NCBI GenBank assembly: GCA_039545335.1
Contig: BCIN01000003.1
Location: 1,116,001-1,180,000 of the forward strand
Length of the DNA: 64,000 nt
Direction of reading: 5' to 3'
DNA from: Kondoa subrosea
Lineage: Eukaryota
Part shown: positions 26,953 to 39,805 of the stretch, in pieces
Layout: each line of letters starts with the position of its first letter
Position numbering within the stretch: position 1 is the first letter of the stretch
The notes under the pieces: model-generated
Databases searched by the model: none
Told to the model about the DNA's origin: nothing
What the model saw: only the letters and a program-made list of their open reading frames with translations
Program-made: the position numbers and the translations under genes

Positions 26953-27950
26953 TCAGGCTAATTTTGCACCATCAACTTCACCCAAGTCTTAGCATCATTA
27001 CAGTTAATGGTCGGATTAGGTACTCACCAAGAATATCGGCTCCGCTCGTGTAGCTAGACTCATCTGATGCGAAGAAAACAGCAACCATAGCAACTTCTTC
27101 CGGGCGTCCTCCCCTTGCCATAGGTATTCCGGCATGCATTGAATCAATTTTCTGCGCCATATTCAGCAGGGTAGGTGAAATCCTCGCACGTTTACTGTAC
27201 CTCTTGTGTGAAACCTTGAATATTCGGTACGTCCATTACTCCCTGGTATAGAGATAAGATAACATATATGCGACAAGGGACAGGAGACACATACCGGCGA
27301 TATAGAGTTACATTTTATACCGTGACATGCGTATTCCGATGCCACGTTTTTGGTCAAGCCTAGAAGACAGAATTTGGAAGACGAATAGAGACTTGCGCCG
27401 GGAGATCCCTTGTGTGCCGCTGTAGAGGTCATGTTGATAATTGAGCCTCTAGTCCCTGCTTTCAGGAAGATTCGAATGGCCATCTGCATAAGAAGGAAGG
27501 GTCCTCGAATGCTGTATGTGAAGTTCAGACTTCATGTAAGTGTACAATTGCGCAGTGTACTCACTTCACTGCCATTATATCGTCAAACTCCGCAAGACTC
27601 TTTTCATGAAACGGACGCAAGTAACCGCCCAAAGCTGCGTTGTTGATAAGGCAGTCGAGATGGTCGAATCTGGTAGTTAAGAACTGTTCTAGCTGCATGA
27701 TGCTTTCTGGAGAGCTTTGATCTAGTTCAACCCAATGAAGGTTATTCACTGCACTATCCGATTGATCTGGAAGCTTGATGTCCGCAGCGACCACAATAGC
27801 GCCATGTTTGAGAAAGGTAGACACGAGACTCTCGCCGATACCTTGAATCGGAAGTCATTCGTTATCAGAGAGAACAAGGGAAGCAGGAAACGAACGGCCA
27901 GAAGCGCCCGTGATCAAGCAGATCTTCCCTTCCAGTCGCTGAGCAGTCAT
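26953..27950 (-). CDS. Classical short-chain dehydrogenase/reductase (SDR)
   Basis: MTAQRLEGKICLITGASG.GIG, LDCLINNAA, GSIINMTS, YSSSK, NSISP, IPMARGGRPEEVA...SYTSGADILVDG. Confidence 0.93.
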
Positions 27951-28185
27951 AAGAGCACAAAGGTGTGCAAGCGGACGCAGAAAGAGTGCCGACTTCAAAC
28001 GGCTTGTCGAATTATCAAGTTCCGACGGATCGAAGCATTCTGCCTTGATTCAGCAGTAGGAAGATGGAAGTATCGCGGAAGACAAGAAAAGTCCAAAGCA
28101 ATATTCAAATCTCATCGATGAGAACACATCGTTCATGGTCAAAACTAGGTGTCCAACTTTACAATACGACTCATGCAATGTATTT

Positions 28186-30355
28186 TCACCTCGGTACATT
28201 CCGCTGTACTTCTGCAGTTTCAATATCTCCTACAGGCAGCGAGCTGACTACTGCCGTATCCTTCTCATCTACTTCACTACTACTTTCCGCCGGACTTTCA
28301 GCTTTCGGTGTCGCAACTATCGATCTTGGTTTCTTTAAGTCCACATTCTCGATGAATAACGATAGAACAAAGCTGGCGGCCATAAGAGGGAGGAAGAAGA
28401 TGAATATATAGCGAAGAGCGGTTTGATATGCATCGAAAACGCCTCGGACTTGATAATCTGGAAGACCAGCTGGCAGGTCTAAAGAAGCTTCTTGCATGAT
28501 TTGTTCTCGAAGTCCAGCTGGCAGATCTCTTGGAAGCTTGCCACTGACTACTGTGTTGAGAATCGCGTTGCCAATAGCGAGTCCAAAAGAGCCACCGAAT
28601 GTTCGCAAGAAGTTCCGACCACCTTATCGAGAGATCGTCAGTAGTGTGAGCAGATAAAGGAGTTCAGCCTACCTGTAATGACTGCCCGGTCCTGAGATGG
28701 AGCAGTAGCTTGGGCGGCTACTAGACCAGATTGCGAAACACAACCAAATCCAAGACCCTGCAGCAAGAGGATGACAATAATAGGGCCTAGAGGAGTCGTC
28801 CGTTTGAACATGATTTCCAGGCCAGAACCAAGAGTCCAGAGTGTGCAGCCGAGCAAGATAATTGATTTCACTCGACCCGTTCGGGAAGCTGTATCAAATA
28901 ATCAGCGCAAACTCGGCTTACATTGTGTCTATACTCACTGACGATGCCCATAAGAGCAGAGATGATAGATTGAGGAATGAGGAGAGCCAGCATTATTGCC
29001 GCCGCTGTCACTGGATCGAGCCGTCGAAGCGAAATGAAGTAGATCGGTAGCCAGTAGATGTTTGCGTAATAAACAGCTCCTTGTAAGAAGAACGTTGCAA
29101 GAAGTAAGCCAGGAGTGTGATACTACAGTCGGATGAAGGTCAGCTCAGTCTCATTGCCGATTCAGCACATACTGTAAATAATCGTACTGTGGTAGAAGTC
29201 AGCTGGAATGTCAAACAATGAATGAGAACAACTCACATGGTAGAACTGGTAACGCTGCGAATTTCCATTCTACAAGAATGAAAGCCACAGCCAAAGCGAT
29301 TCCAATGAGAAGGGTCGACAAAATAATGGGCGACGACCAAGCATATTCAGCACCTCCAGAAGAGATCGCGAAAAGAATGAGGACATTTGCAGCCAGAGAA
29401 AGGATGGTTCCGCCATAGTCGACTTTCAGTAATTTACTCTTCATGTTTCCACCAACTGGCTTGAGAGGTAGAGTTCGCCATATCACGAGAGTACATATCT
29501 ATATGAGCGACAAATAAGACGAAGCCGGCACAAGCGAAGTTTTTGACCTACAGCTGTACAAGGAACTGGGATCCAGAAAACAGCTCGCCAAGTATAGTAT
29601 TGCGTTATAAGAGCACCTAAGAAAGGACCTATAGAACACAGTTTCTGTCAGTCGTTGCCATAATGCATATTGCTGATCATTACCTGCGGTATTGCCTAGC
29701 GCTACTGAAACTCCGATAAAGCCTTGCCATTTGCCTCTCTCCTGGAGCGTTGTTATATCGGACATAATCACCATGGCCTGCAGATAGCTTCTCGTCAGAT
29801 CGAATACCGGAAAGTAGTATGCGCTCACGAGATTATTGATACCTCCTCCTCCTATTCCAGCAATAGCTCTGAAAGTGAAGAGCTGTATTGGCGTTTGAGC
29901 AAATGCGCAAGCCAGGTCTCCGATTGCAAAGATCCCCAAAGCAACAAGCAACAGGGTTTTCCTGCCCCAGATATCCGAGAAGCGAGCATAGACCAGTTGA
30001 CAGCTGGTGTTTGCGATGAGGTAAGCTGTGCCAATCCATGACTATGCATCGCATCAGCTGAAGCACGAAACATTTTGAAAGTAGCTTACTATACTACGAC
30101 CCGCTTGTAGATCCTCTGCTATCTGAGGCTGGGCTAATGCGACAGAGGTTGCATCGAGGAAACTGATACAATCGCATCAAGGAGTGATCCAATACTAAAC
30201 CAGAAACTAACTTACCTGAGAAAGAGTGCGAAAGCGAGACCTAGAAATACGACTACTCTTTTTTTATTGCTGAAGATTGCCGTCTGATCTTCTAAGCTGA
30301 TCACTCTTTTGAGTTTAGGCGAAGGAATTGTTGCATCAGCTATGGTATTCTGCAT
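28186..30355 (-). CDS. MFS transporter (DHA2/EmrB-like drug:H+ antiporter type)
   Basis: LEDQTAIF start, RFSDIWGRKTLLL, FRAIAGIGGGG, IMSDITTLQERGKWQG, KVDYGGTILSL, RNFLRTFGGSFGLA. Confidence 0.92.
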
Positions 30356-30569
30356 GCTTTCGCGAAACAAGTGCTACGGCGAAGTTTAGCGGAATCAAGC
30401 ACAAAAGATTTGTGCTGCAGAGAGAACAGGCCCAGGACAAAATAGAAGATGGCAGAGCTTAGGAAAACATAGAGACAAGCAGATTTCATATCGTTATCTT
30501 GTGAAGAGCCGAAACTTCCTTCCTTGAAGCCGACTGCCAAACGGTTCGGCGAGCCAACGGTTCTTTGTA

Positions 30570-33562
30570 ATGGATGCAAGATCTGATGAGATACAGCTGC
30601 GGCCGCAGAAGAAAGCAAGAGTAGCAGCTCCTAGAGGTGGTGCAGCGTGTACAAGGTGTCATCAGAGAAAAGCAAGATGCGAGTGAGCCGAATGCTTATC
30701 TTTTTCAAAGCCTAAAGCTGAATAGGGACTAATTGACAGTCGCTCAAGTCCTGATAATGCATGTAGAAGCTGTGAATTGGCAAATGTCGAATGTTTAACG
30801 CTTCCGAAGCAACCTAGGAAAAAACGGACACCTTCTGTAGCACCGCAGTCTTCTTCTGCTTCTCAGCCTCCTCAGCAACCTGTCAATCCTGTCAATGTCA
30901 ATCTTCATTCCTCCTGGCTTCCTCCGCCGAATGCATTTGACCTAGGAATTGGTACCTCCAACAACTCGCCTCAACAGCAAAGCAATGAGAGAAGAGCTTA
31001 TGAATTACCAGACTTGCCAGAAGACGATCCCTCTGATACTGTTTCTGCTTCCGGTATTGATCAAAGTGTGATGTCGAGCGGTGGAGCTCATCTCGATGAC
31101 AAACGATTGAGCAACGCTGCTCGGAGCGTGGCTTTCCTCAGTCTAAACGCATCAGCAGATGCTTCTTTCCTTGTGAGTGTTCACTCTCCGGCAAAGTGTC
31201 TTATATCAATTTACCGATAGGGTGCCTCATCTGGCTTCTCCTGGACTGAATTGGTCGTATCTGGGTTGTTGGCAGACAGCAAGCTAGACAGCGCAAGTTG
31301 GAGCTTCGACACAGATGGACAGCCCGCTGCGCTTTCGAGTTCTTTCTTGGAAGATGTCTCTGCTGAAGTCGCAAGTTCAATATTCGATATTTGGTACGCT
31401 GGCAATTCACAAATCCCTGAATGATGCTCATGAAAAAGCTTTGTATAGCTACAAACACATTCAGCCTCGCTATCCTTTCGTCGACTGGCTTCGCATGCAT
31501 AGGTGGTTCAATGAGCGTATCAGCATCATGAGAGCTGCTAGCCAGCCAGGAGCTAGTCCGGGGACAAAAGCAGGTATCCAAGACCTCTTCATCTCCGTCA
31601 ACTTCTTTTGATCGTGTAATCCTCCGTCTATAGCTGCCCTATTCCTATGGCTTTTCTTCGCACTCGGAACAAGCTTGTCTAGACGTTCTCCTTTGCCGGG
31701 TCTAGCTAGTTCTTCAAGTTATTTCGCAGAAGCGCTGAAACATCTTGATGCTGTAGGTAAGCAAAAGATCTCGCATGCCTGATTGATGCATTCTCAAGCT
31801 CTTGATAATCAGCTGGAATGCATAATCTGGTTGGCTTACAAGGTTGGTGTATTTATTCTCTTTCTTTTAAATTTTTTTAACGTTGGTTTAGCTTTGCTAC
31901 TTCTTTCCATGTATGCTCTGCAACGACCAGCGGGGCCTAGCGCTTGGTTTCTTTCTGGTTCTGCGATGCGACTTGCCATAGCTATGGGTCTGCATCGCAA
32001 GCTATCACCTGAACGCGAACGTGCTGTAGGTCTGGCTTTACAATGACCTTGGGATCTGCTCAAGACGCATCCGGTAGATTGGCTTCTATGCTTCTGAGAT
32101 GCGCAAAAGGTGCTTCTGGTCGGCTTATGTGGTGAGTTTGAGAGTAAGATCTATGTAAAATAGCTCATATCGTTCTTTTCCCAGATCGACCGAATGGTAT
32201 GTCTGGTAAGATGTGTGAAGAAGATGCTCAAGCATGTTTGCATCGCCAGGTAGCACTTACATTAGGTCGACCGTTTGGCATTAGGTAGGTGATCAGTTTC
32301 CTTCCTTTTCGAGCTATACTTACTACTTGCGTAGCGACAGCGCCATTGATGCCTCATTACCGATGAACGTGGTAAACACGTCTCTTATTCAGCTAACCAA
32401 CCCTGCTCACTCGCCCAAAGAATTGCGTGCAGATAGATTGGCCAACCGAAACTTCGCGAAGCGCTACCAGCATGACTTCCGCTCTACATCACATCAAGTT
32501 GTGGGTCTCAAGAAACGGATGAATGATATATACTAAATGATGGTTTAGAAAGCGCATCGACTCTAAAGTGATTGAAGCTTTCTATCGTGTCGATACGGAC
32601 GAACAGAATTTAGCTCAAGCAGTCTCTTTGTTGAATGATATCGATTTTTGGGCGGCAGGTATCCCACTTGAGGCGTCAACAGAGCAGGTATGTCCCTATA
32701 TGTGATTCATTGTATGACCGCTAATCTTTCTTGTTTATTTACAGGCTAAATTGCTACCTTGCTGTACTCGTGACTGTGAGCTGTTCTCCTTGGGCCAAGT
32801 ATTGAACTGAGACTTGTTTAGGGTTTTTGATGAAAGGAGAGCGTAGGCTCTAGCATATCTTCCGTATCCGCAAGTTTGATCTGTTCGGCGATGTTACAGA
32901 AACTAAGCAGCATCTCCTTCGACCATTGACAACTGTGGTCAAAGATCGACCTTACTGGCTTTCTCTTTGCGCACAATCTGCATCAGCCACGCTTCAAGCA
33001 CAAAGAAGGATACATCAAGCTCGTCCTTTCTCCCCTACGATCTCTGCGTTGCATAGGCAAGTACTCATAGCTTGTAAACATCTAATGCTGATACGAAAGC
33101 ATAGTACATTCCTATCTGGCATCACATTGTTACATTGTGTGAAAATCTTTCCTTCAGCTTTACCGGCTCAAGACATCCACAAAGCTATTCGAGCTACCAG
33201 CAGTACGTATGATACACTCATTCCTCACAAGATCTCACAGTCTTGCAGATATTCTGTTTAGCTACGTGCAAGAATACTCTCAAGTCGCTCAAACCTTTCA
33301 CGACACTTTTGAAGCCCTGGCGGAATTATGTCTCAGTCCAGCTCCAGCACCTTCAAATCATGATCCATGGAGTGCCAACCTGGCAGATCTAGCTTCCAAC
33401 ATGCCCGCAGGAACAGAAATTGGCGCATTCTTGCAATCTCTAGGCTGCGATCCGGCATTCAATAGAATGATCGATGATACTCATCAAGTCCCAGCTTTCT
33501 CTCTTCCGCCAAACGATGATACATTACCTATCAGCGTACCCTTTGCCTTACCAGGATTTTAG
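30570..33562 (+). CDS. Zn(II)2Cys6 fungal transcription factor (Ppr1/UaY-like features)
   Basis: ACTRCHQRKARCD...ACRSCELANVEC; VAFLSLNASADASFLGASSGFSW; AWFLSGSAMRLAIAMGLHR; MRKRCFWSAY; LTLGRPFGI. Confidence 0.9.
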
Positions 33563-33687
33563 GATGCAAAAGTGATGCAAGGGGAAAACTGCCTGTGTTC
33601 CGTAAATGCTGCACTGAATGTACATTTCTTGCCTATACGGATATGATCCATTGCAAACATTGACTAGCTCCGAGTCCACCCAGGGCG

Positions 33688-36600
33688 TCAAAGCTGCGAA
33701 GCACCGAAGTCCTCCGGCGTAGCTATCTCGTCCGTTGCCGGAACGGTGTAGCCAAAAGCGTTATCCTCAAAAGCTAATACCAATTGTCAGTCGGCATCTG
33801 AAAGGTGATTAGCCAAAGCAACGCACGACCATAAAATGTTGGGCGATCTGAGCACACTCATCTAATTCAGTGCTTGTCAATTTCATCGACTACAGAGTAC
33901 ACTCACGATATCGGAACCAAGGCTGCTTTGACTTGAACTTTTCTACTAGATCAGGATTGGATGTGTAATAGCGACCGAAAGCGACCGCTTCGGCCTCTCT
34001 TGAAGTAATCGTTGACAGAGTGTTGTCCCAGTTGTAGCCTCCCGCCGCGATTAATGGAACTGGTGAAGCTGCGAAGCGATAAGGCGACAAAGATGCTGTT
34101 TCGTCAAGACCTTCTAGCTTCTCTTGTTCGTCCTTAAATTCGTCAAAGCGAGGCTCAATCGCATGTCTAGCCGAAAATTGAGTATAGATGACGACCGCGA
34201 GCAAAGTCACTAACATATACGCTATGCGCATAGTACCAAGCTCTCGACACAAGTGAGTCCATTGCTGTGGTCTTTCCACGCCTCGAGTCTGCCCTATCGT
34301 CAATGCGATGAAGTAAAGAAGAGCAACTTGGCTCACATCATTGAACAGACCGAAGGGAGCTATCCGCATACCAACTCGGTCGTTTCCAACAGCTTTGCAC
34401 ATAGCTTGTACGACGTCTAACGTGAATCGACATCGTCTAAAGAGATCGCCGCCATAATTGTCCTCCCTCAAGTTGATATTCGAGTGCAAGCTGTGTGAAG
34501 AAGCATGAAGTCACTCTACGCAAATCAAAGGCTCGACTCACAATTGATCAGGTAGATACCCGTTTCCAGCGTGCAGCTCCACGCCGTCAAAGCCTGTTAC
34601 AGATCGAAATGTTCAATGAAATACCTGTATATGGCAAATGACTAACCGGCTCGTCTAGCATTGGCAGCCGCTATTCCGAAGTCTTTGACGACCGTCTCGA
34701 TATCTTCTATAGTCATTTCTCTTGGTGTTTCAAAAGGTAGACCAGTCTTGCGGTCTGTTCCAGCTTGCGGTACAGCTGAAGCCGAAACCGGTTGACTTCC
34801 AAGAGTTGCTGTCGAATTGTTTCTACCCCTGTGCCATACTGGAAGCGGAATGTGTTAAAGTGAAATAGCGAGCAGTAGATCGACTTACATTGACAGACAA
34901 ACACTCCACCTTTCGCATGTACGGCATCTACAACTCGCTTCCATCCTGCTATCTGCTCTTCGGTAAATATTCCAGCTAGGGCAAAGTATGAGCCAGAACA
35001 GTATACGAAGAGCGACTCTGACTGACGAACGCCTGGCGTGCTTGCGGCCAGAACGGTGACTGGTACAGCTTCCGATATAAGAAGACCGCCAGGAGTTGCT
35101 CGCGCGGTATAGTATTCTATCATGAGATAATTCGGAACCCAGGTCTTTGGGTGTAACAAAGATGGATTAGCCTGTAAAGGATATTAGCAATTACAGTGCA
35201 GAAGCGCAAAATTGGCATACGCGGTTTCTCGTCATAGGTGCAAGCACGATGCGATGTTTCAGGGACAAAGCACCAAATTGGGTTGGACTCCAGAGCGTAG
35301 GTACATCCGAAGAAGCGGAACTGAATAGATCGCCAACAACTTTTGCCATAGACAGAAGTTTTCGATCGTGGTAACGAGCGGATACTAGTGACAGCCCAAT
35401 CGGTAGACCATTCTCTGCTTTCAGACCAGGACTTGTAACCTAATCAGCCTGGCACAAAGTAATCCTTAAATCATGGCCTACACATTAATGACTGGAACAT
35501 GGAGAGCTGTCCAGCAGCTATTGAAAGACTATAAGACTGTATTAGCTTTTTCTTCATCATCATATATGTCAGGACTTACAGCATCTCCAGTTCTTGCAAG
35601 ACCTTTGGGCGCTTCTCCGACAGTACTTGGCGTTAAGATGAGATCATATCCTGGTGTAACAGAAGTAAGTTCAGCAGACAGACTGAATTAGAAAAGAAGC
35701 ACACCAGACGCAAATTTATCCCAAACCGGTCTCATGCGCGCGATAGCATCATAAGCTTCTAACTGATCTGCCCGACTGATCTTGTGCACGTTCTCAACAT
35801 GACCAATTAAAGAGGAGTCAAGTTTATCGCGAGCGAAATAGTAATCTCCCACTATGCAAAGGAGAGAATCAGACAACGGTGAGATCGGTACGGCGAAGAA
35901 GACTCTTGACTTACAGAAAGCAGCTCTTCCTTCTCCGTGCATCATGTTGCGAGCATATGAGCTCAAATGTTCGAAACCTACAGGTGTATCGACATCTTCC
36001 ACAAATGCGCCAGCTTGATCGAGAAGTTGTACTGCTTGAGCCAGCACTGATTTAGTACCAGATTGCGCTTTGGGCCACACATGAGTTCGACAGATAGCGA
36101 TACGAGCGCCTTTTAGAGTGAAAGAAGAGGGTGCAGGTTGATCATCAGTGATTTTGAATAGATCGGCTAAAAGTTCGAGATCCTCTATAGAGCGAGCATA
36201 AAAGCCAAGCGTATCCAAGCTGACAGAATAGATCTTGAGACCTTCGCGAGAAACGCTACCCCATGTCGGCTTGAACGCCCAAACGCCTGAGATCAGATTA
36301 GAAATGACAAAGAAAGGCAGCAGAAGATTGACTTGCCATTGAAAGACCCCGGACGAATGACTGATCCACCGGTTTGCGTGCCTACACGATGAAGTATGAG
36401 CTTTGCGGGTCGTAGTGTCACAAAGACCCAAAACAAACCCAGCGCAACATGGCATTGACAATCGCCCACAGCAGCGCCCTGTTGAACACATAAGTACGAA
36501 TGCAAGCCTTTTGGCTGAGAGCCTCACTGAACCGGAAGATGAACCTCCAGGCGTTCTCTCAGCGTCATGTGCATTGCTTGTCTTGGTTCCGTTGACCGTT

Positions 36601-37044
36601 GCTGCAAATTCAGTTGTAGTAGTTTTGCCAAAGATCAAAGCTCCAGCACTTCTCAGTACTTTGACACAGTCTGCGTCCAAGTTGGCCTGATGATCTTTGT
36701 AAATGGGTGAATTGTGTTGCGTGGGAAGATCTACGACCAACGAAACATCAGCAGCTCATTAGATCAACAAGAGACAGCTAAGAGCACACACCATATGTAT
36801 TGATTACGTCTTTTACTCCCACCATTAAGCCTGCTAAAGGACCTTTGTCGGGCAGTGCATCAATTCTTCTAGCTTCTCGTAGAACATGTTCAGGATCCAA
36901 GAATGCCCATGCCTTGACACTCTCATCTCTTGCAGTATAGCGATCCAAGCAGGATTGTGCTATTTCTTCGACTGTCGCATGACCGTTTCGAACAAGAGCA
37001 ATAACTTCTGGTCCGGATAGGCGAGCATAATCTCGGCTGGTCAT
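33688..37044 (-). CDS. Fused amidase-signature enzyme (N-terminal, about 37044-35330) and Old Yellow Enzyme/NADH:flavin oxidoreductase (C-terminal, about 35300-33688)
   Basis: Amidase: GPLAGLMVGVKD, GKTTTTEFA, TPGGSSSGS, GTQTGGSVIRPGSFNG, GLPIGLSLVS. OYE: LKHRIVLAPMTRNR, YYTARATPGGLLISEA, GWKRVVDAVHAKG, GFDGVELHAGNGYLIDQ, AFGRYYTSNPDLV. One exon (35431-35221) reads through both domains with no stop. Confidence 0.85.
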
Positions 37045-37356
37045 CGTCGGTAGTACACAGATAAGCCGCAGCAGACAGAGAAGTCTAAGTGAAAGAGAGG
37101 AAGAAATCGTTATCAGCTATCAACAAGCGGTGCCGGTCGGGTAACCCAAGACATCTCCAAGCACCGACGGCTCCGATAGTTATCGCTCGCTGTTCGCTTG
37201 CAAAGGAGTGTCTTTCCATTGTCTAAGTATTTCTATTTACATTCAGATTGCCCGTATTACGTGTTACTAGTATTGTCGATTGATCCCAGAATGAGAAGCC
37301 CAAGATATTAAACACATAGAATGTCCATGACAGCAGAGTATGCTCTAGCCGTATCA

Positions 37357-39597
37357 TCAGCAGTCACAGTCTATAATCCAGATTAGTGAAGGAAAGAGTG
37401 TATTGGGAAGAGGAGCCTGACCTTTCTTTCCTTTGGGAAGTTTGTGAAATCGATCGTTGCTCAAAGCAAGACCCAGATCGAGACCGAGACCATGCTTGCC
37501 AGGGTGAGACAATAGGTGATGACCTCGATGTTCAGAGAGGTTGAGTCCAACATGAGCATTGAGGCTTCTAGAAGGGACTTTGACAGCTGAACAGATCACT
37601 TCATAAGGTAGGCCAACGTATGAAGATTGATTACGCACCTCCACAAGCGACAGCAAGTCCACCTAGGCTGACTTTGGGCAGCTGTACTTTGAGACCTGAC
37701 CAGAAAGTAAGCAAATAGGATTAGCGTCATGCATTCAAGGAGAAGCAAAGGGTTGACCCACCTTTCTTGGCGCAAAGACCGATAAGAACACTGCCATCCA
37801 ATTTACCTCTGACATCGAGCAGGCCTTGAAGCTTTATGCCTACAATCACTCTCAGCAAAGAGATTGGACATCATGGCTGCGAGAAACGTACCAGCTCTTA
37901 CGCAAAGGTTGAGGAATGCATTGAGATCCAAAGAAGCGTTGACTCCCAAGAGACCATGGAAATTGATACCTTATAAAGCAATATAATCAGGTAAGAAGAT
38001 AATCAACATCAAAACGTCGTACCAGCTCTGATGCACAGCTTGACGAAGGCATCAACATCTAAAATGGCTCCAGCTTTGAGGAATGCTTGAACATCAACAC
38101 CTAAAAAGCAAAAATGAGAAAAGCGCAAATGTATATATATATATAGACAGCACACACCAGCCGAGACACAGAATCCAATGAAAGCATCCAAGTCGAATTT
38201 GCCATTAAGTCCAACGAAAGCCTTCAGGTCGACAAGGCCTGAGAAAGCATGATTAAACAAATTACATCGGAAACAAGGACCGGAGAAGATCTACCTGCTT
38301 TGATACAAAGGCCAATGAAAACATCAAGATCCAGTTGGCCACTGACATTAAGCAGAGTCTTGAAGTCGATACCTGAAGATCAATGAAGTCAGTACCATAT
38401 CAAGATAAGAGTAGCGGTGCAAGACGGGCAACCTACCGGCTTTGATGCAAAGATCAATGAAAGCGTTCAGGTCTAAAACTCCACCTATGCCGATGATTGT
38501 ACTGAGATCCAGTCCAACTATAGTAGATGAAGAAACAGCAAATTAGGTAAGTGAGAAAAATTAGCCATCAATTGGTGTGACATACCGCCGCCTGATAGAT
38601 CTGTGCCTAACCCAACGCCCAACGGAGGAAGACCCAAACCTGTTTGCAGGCAAGAAATACATGTTAAGCAAAAGAATTCAGATTTAGACACAAAAAAGGT
38701 ACCGAGATGGCCATTGCCTTGATCCTTTCCGCCTAATCCTACTCCTAAGCCTAATCCTAAGCCAAGACCAGCACCTGATCAAATCGAATCGAATCGCACA
38801 TGAGAATTATCACAATTTAGATTCGCTAGTAGCAGACTTACCTGAATGAGGTCCAGTGTTTTGAGGCCCATGTCCCAATATCGGTAAGCCGATACCTGAA
38901 CAGATGAAAACTCGTGTTAATACATAATTGGTTCCCGTATTTTGATTTCAATGACTTACCAATGCCGATTCCACCGCTTGGCAAGTGACCTTGTCCTGGC
39001 CCATGTGGCTTATTATCACCAGCGCAAGGAGTCTTGGTAGGTGGAGCAGGTGAAGAGGAGCATGCCTTCCTGTTGATTTCGCTCACTGCTGGAGAGATCT
39101 TGGAAACGATTTCATGAGTTGTGTAGAATTCTTTGCCGTAGATATCTGTCGCTGAAAGAGGCTGATCAGGCGTGTCTATGAGGAATGAGTATCATTGAGT
39201 GTTCCAAAAGCAGGCGATCGCACTTACAGCATCGTCCAGTAGCCGGATTTTTTTGACAGCAAGTGCAGTCAACTTGGACTTGATCTGCAGTAGATATCAG
39301 CAAGCACTGCTTGCGTTGATATGATCACTCACTAGCGACTGAAGAAGGCGCAAATTCGTTCGAATACCAGTCACCAGAAGCTTCGCAGGAAGCGCGGCAT
39401 GCGAGTCGCCAGCTTTGCTTGAATTGATCCAAAGTTTGGCTCTTGTTGTACTGTTGAAGCTGTGTCAGCCATGCTACACATACTGATGACCGACGACATT
39501 GACTTACAACGATAGTAGCCTTTTCGCAAGCTGGGATTGCTCCAGTCGCAAGAGTATAAGAAGCCAGGAAAGGTAAAAGAAGGAAGGCAGAGAGCAT
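37357..39597 (-). CDS. Secreted protein A: Cys-rich N-terminal domain, Gly-rich linker and six 26-27 aa hydrophobic repeats (3' end approximate)
   Basis: Signal peptide [58 protein letters not shown]; repeats such as GIDFKTLLNVSGQLDLDVFIGLCIKA, each on its own exon. Confidence 0.75.
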
Positions 39598-39769
39598 ATT
39601 GGTAAAAGAATGTGTGTTTGAATGAGTGTGAAAAATGAGAGTATTGATGATGAAGAAGAAGAGCGAGACGAAAAAGAAAAAGCTGACTGCTTTATACAAT
39701 TCTGACCAGCGTCCGAGAGCCACCTCTTTAGTCCATCGATTCTGGCCAATAGAAGCCGCACTGACGCTT

Positions 39770-39805
39770 TAGTCAAAGCTCTAGTCAAAGCTCTTGTCCA
39801 AGCTC
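39770..39805. repeat. Three-copy 12-bp tandem repeat (TAGTCAAAGCTC) upstream of secreted protein A
   Basis: tagtcaaagctc tagtcaaagctc ttgtccaagctc. Confidence 0.75.

Noticed and set aside
37762..38517. Regularly spaced units resembling a CRISPR-like array
   Set aside because: The units are diverged coding exons separated by GT-AG introns; there are no identical direct repeats and the context is eukaryotic.
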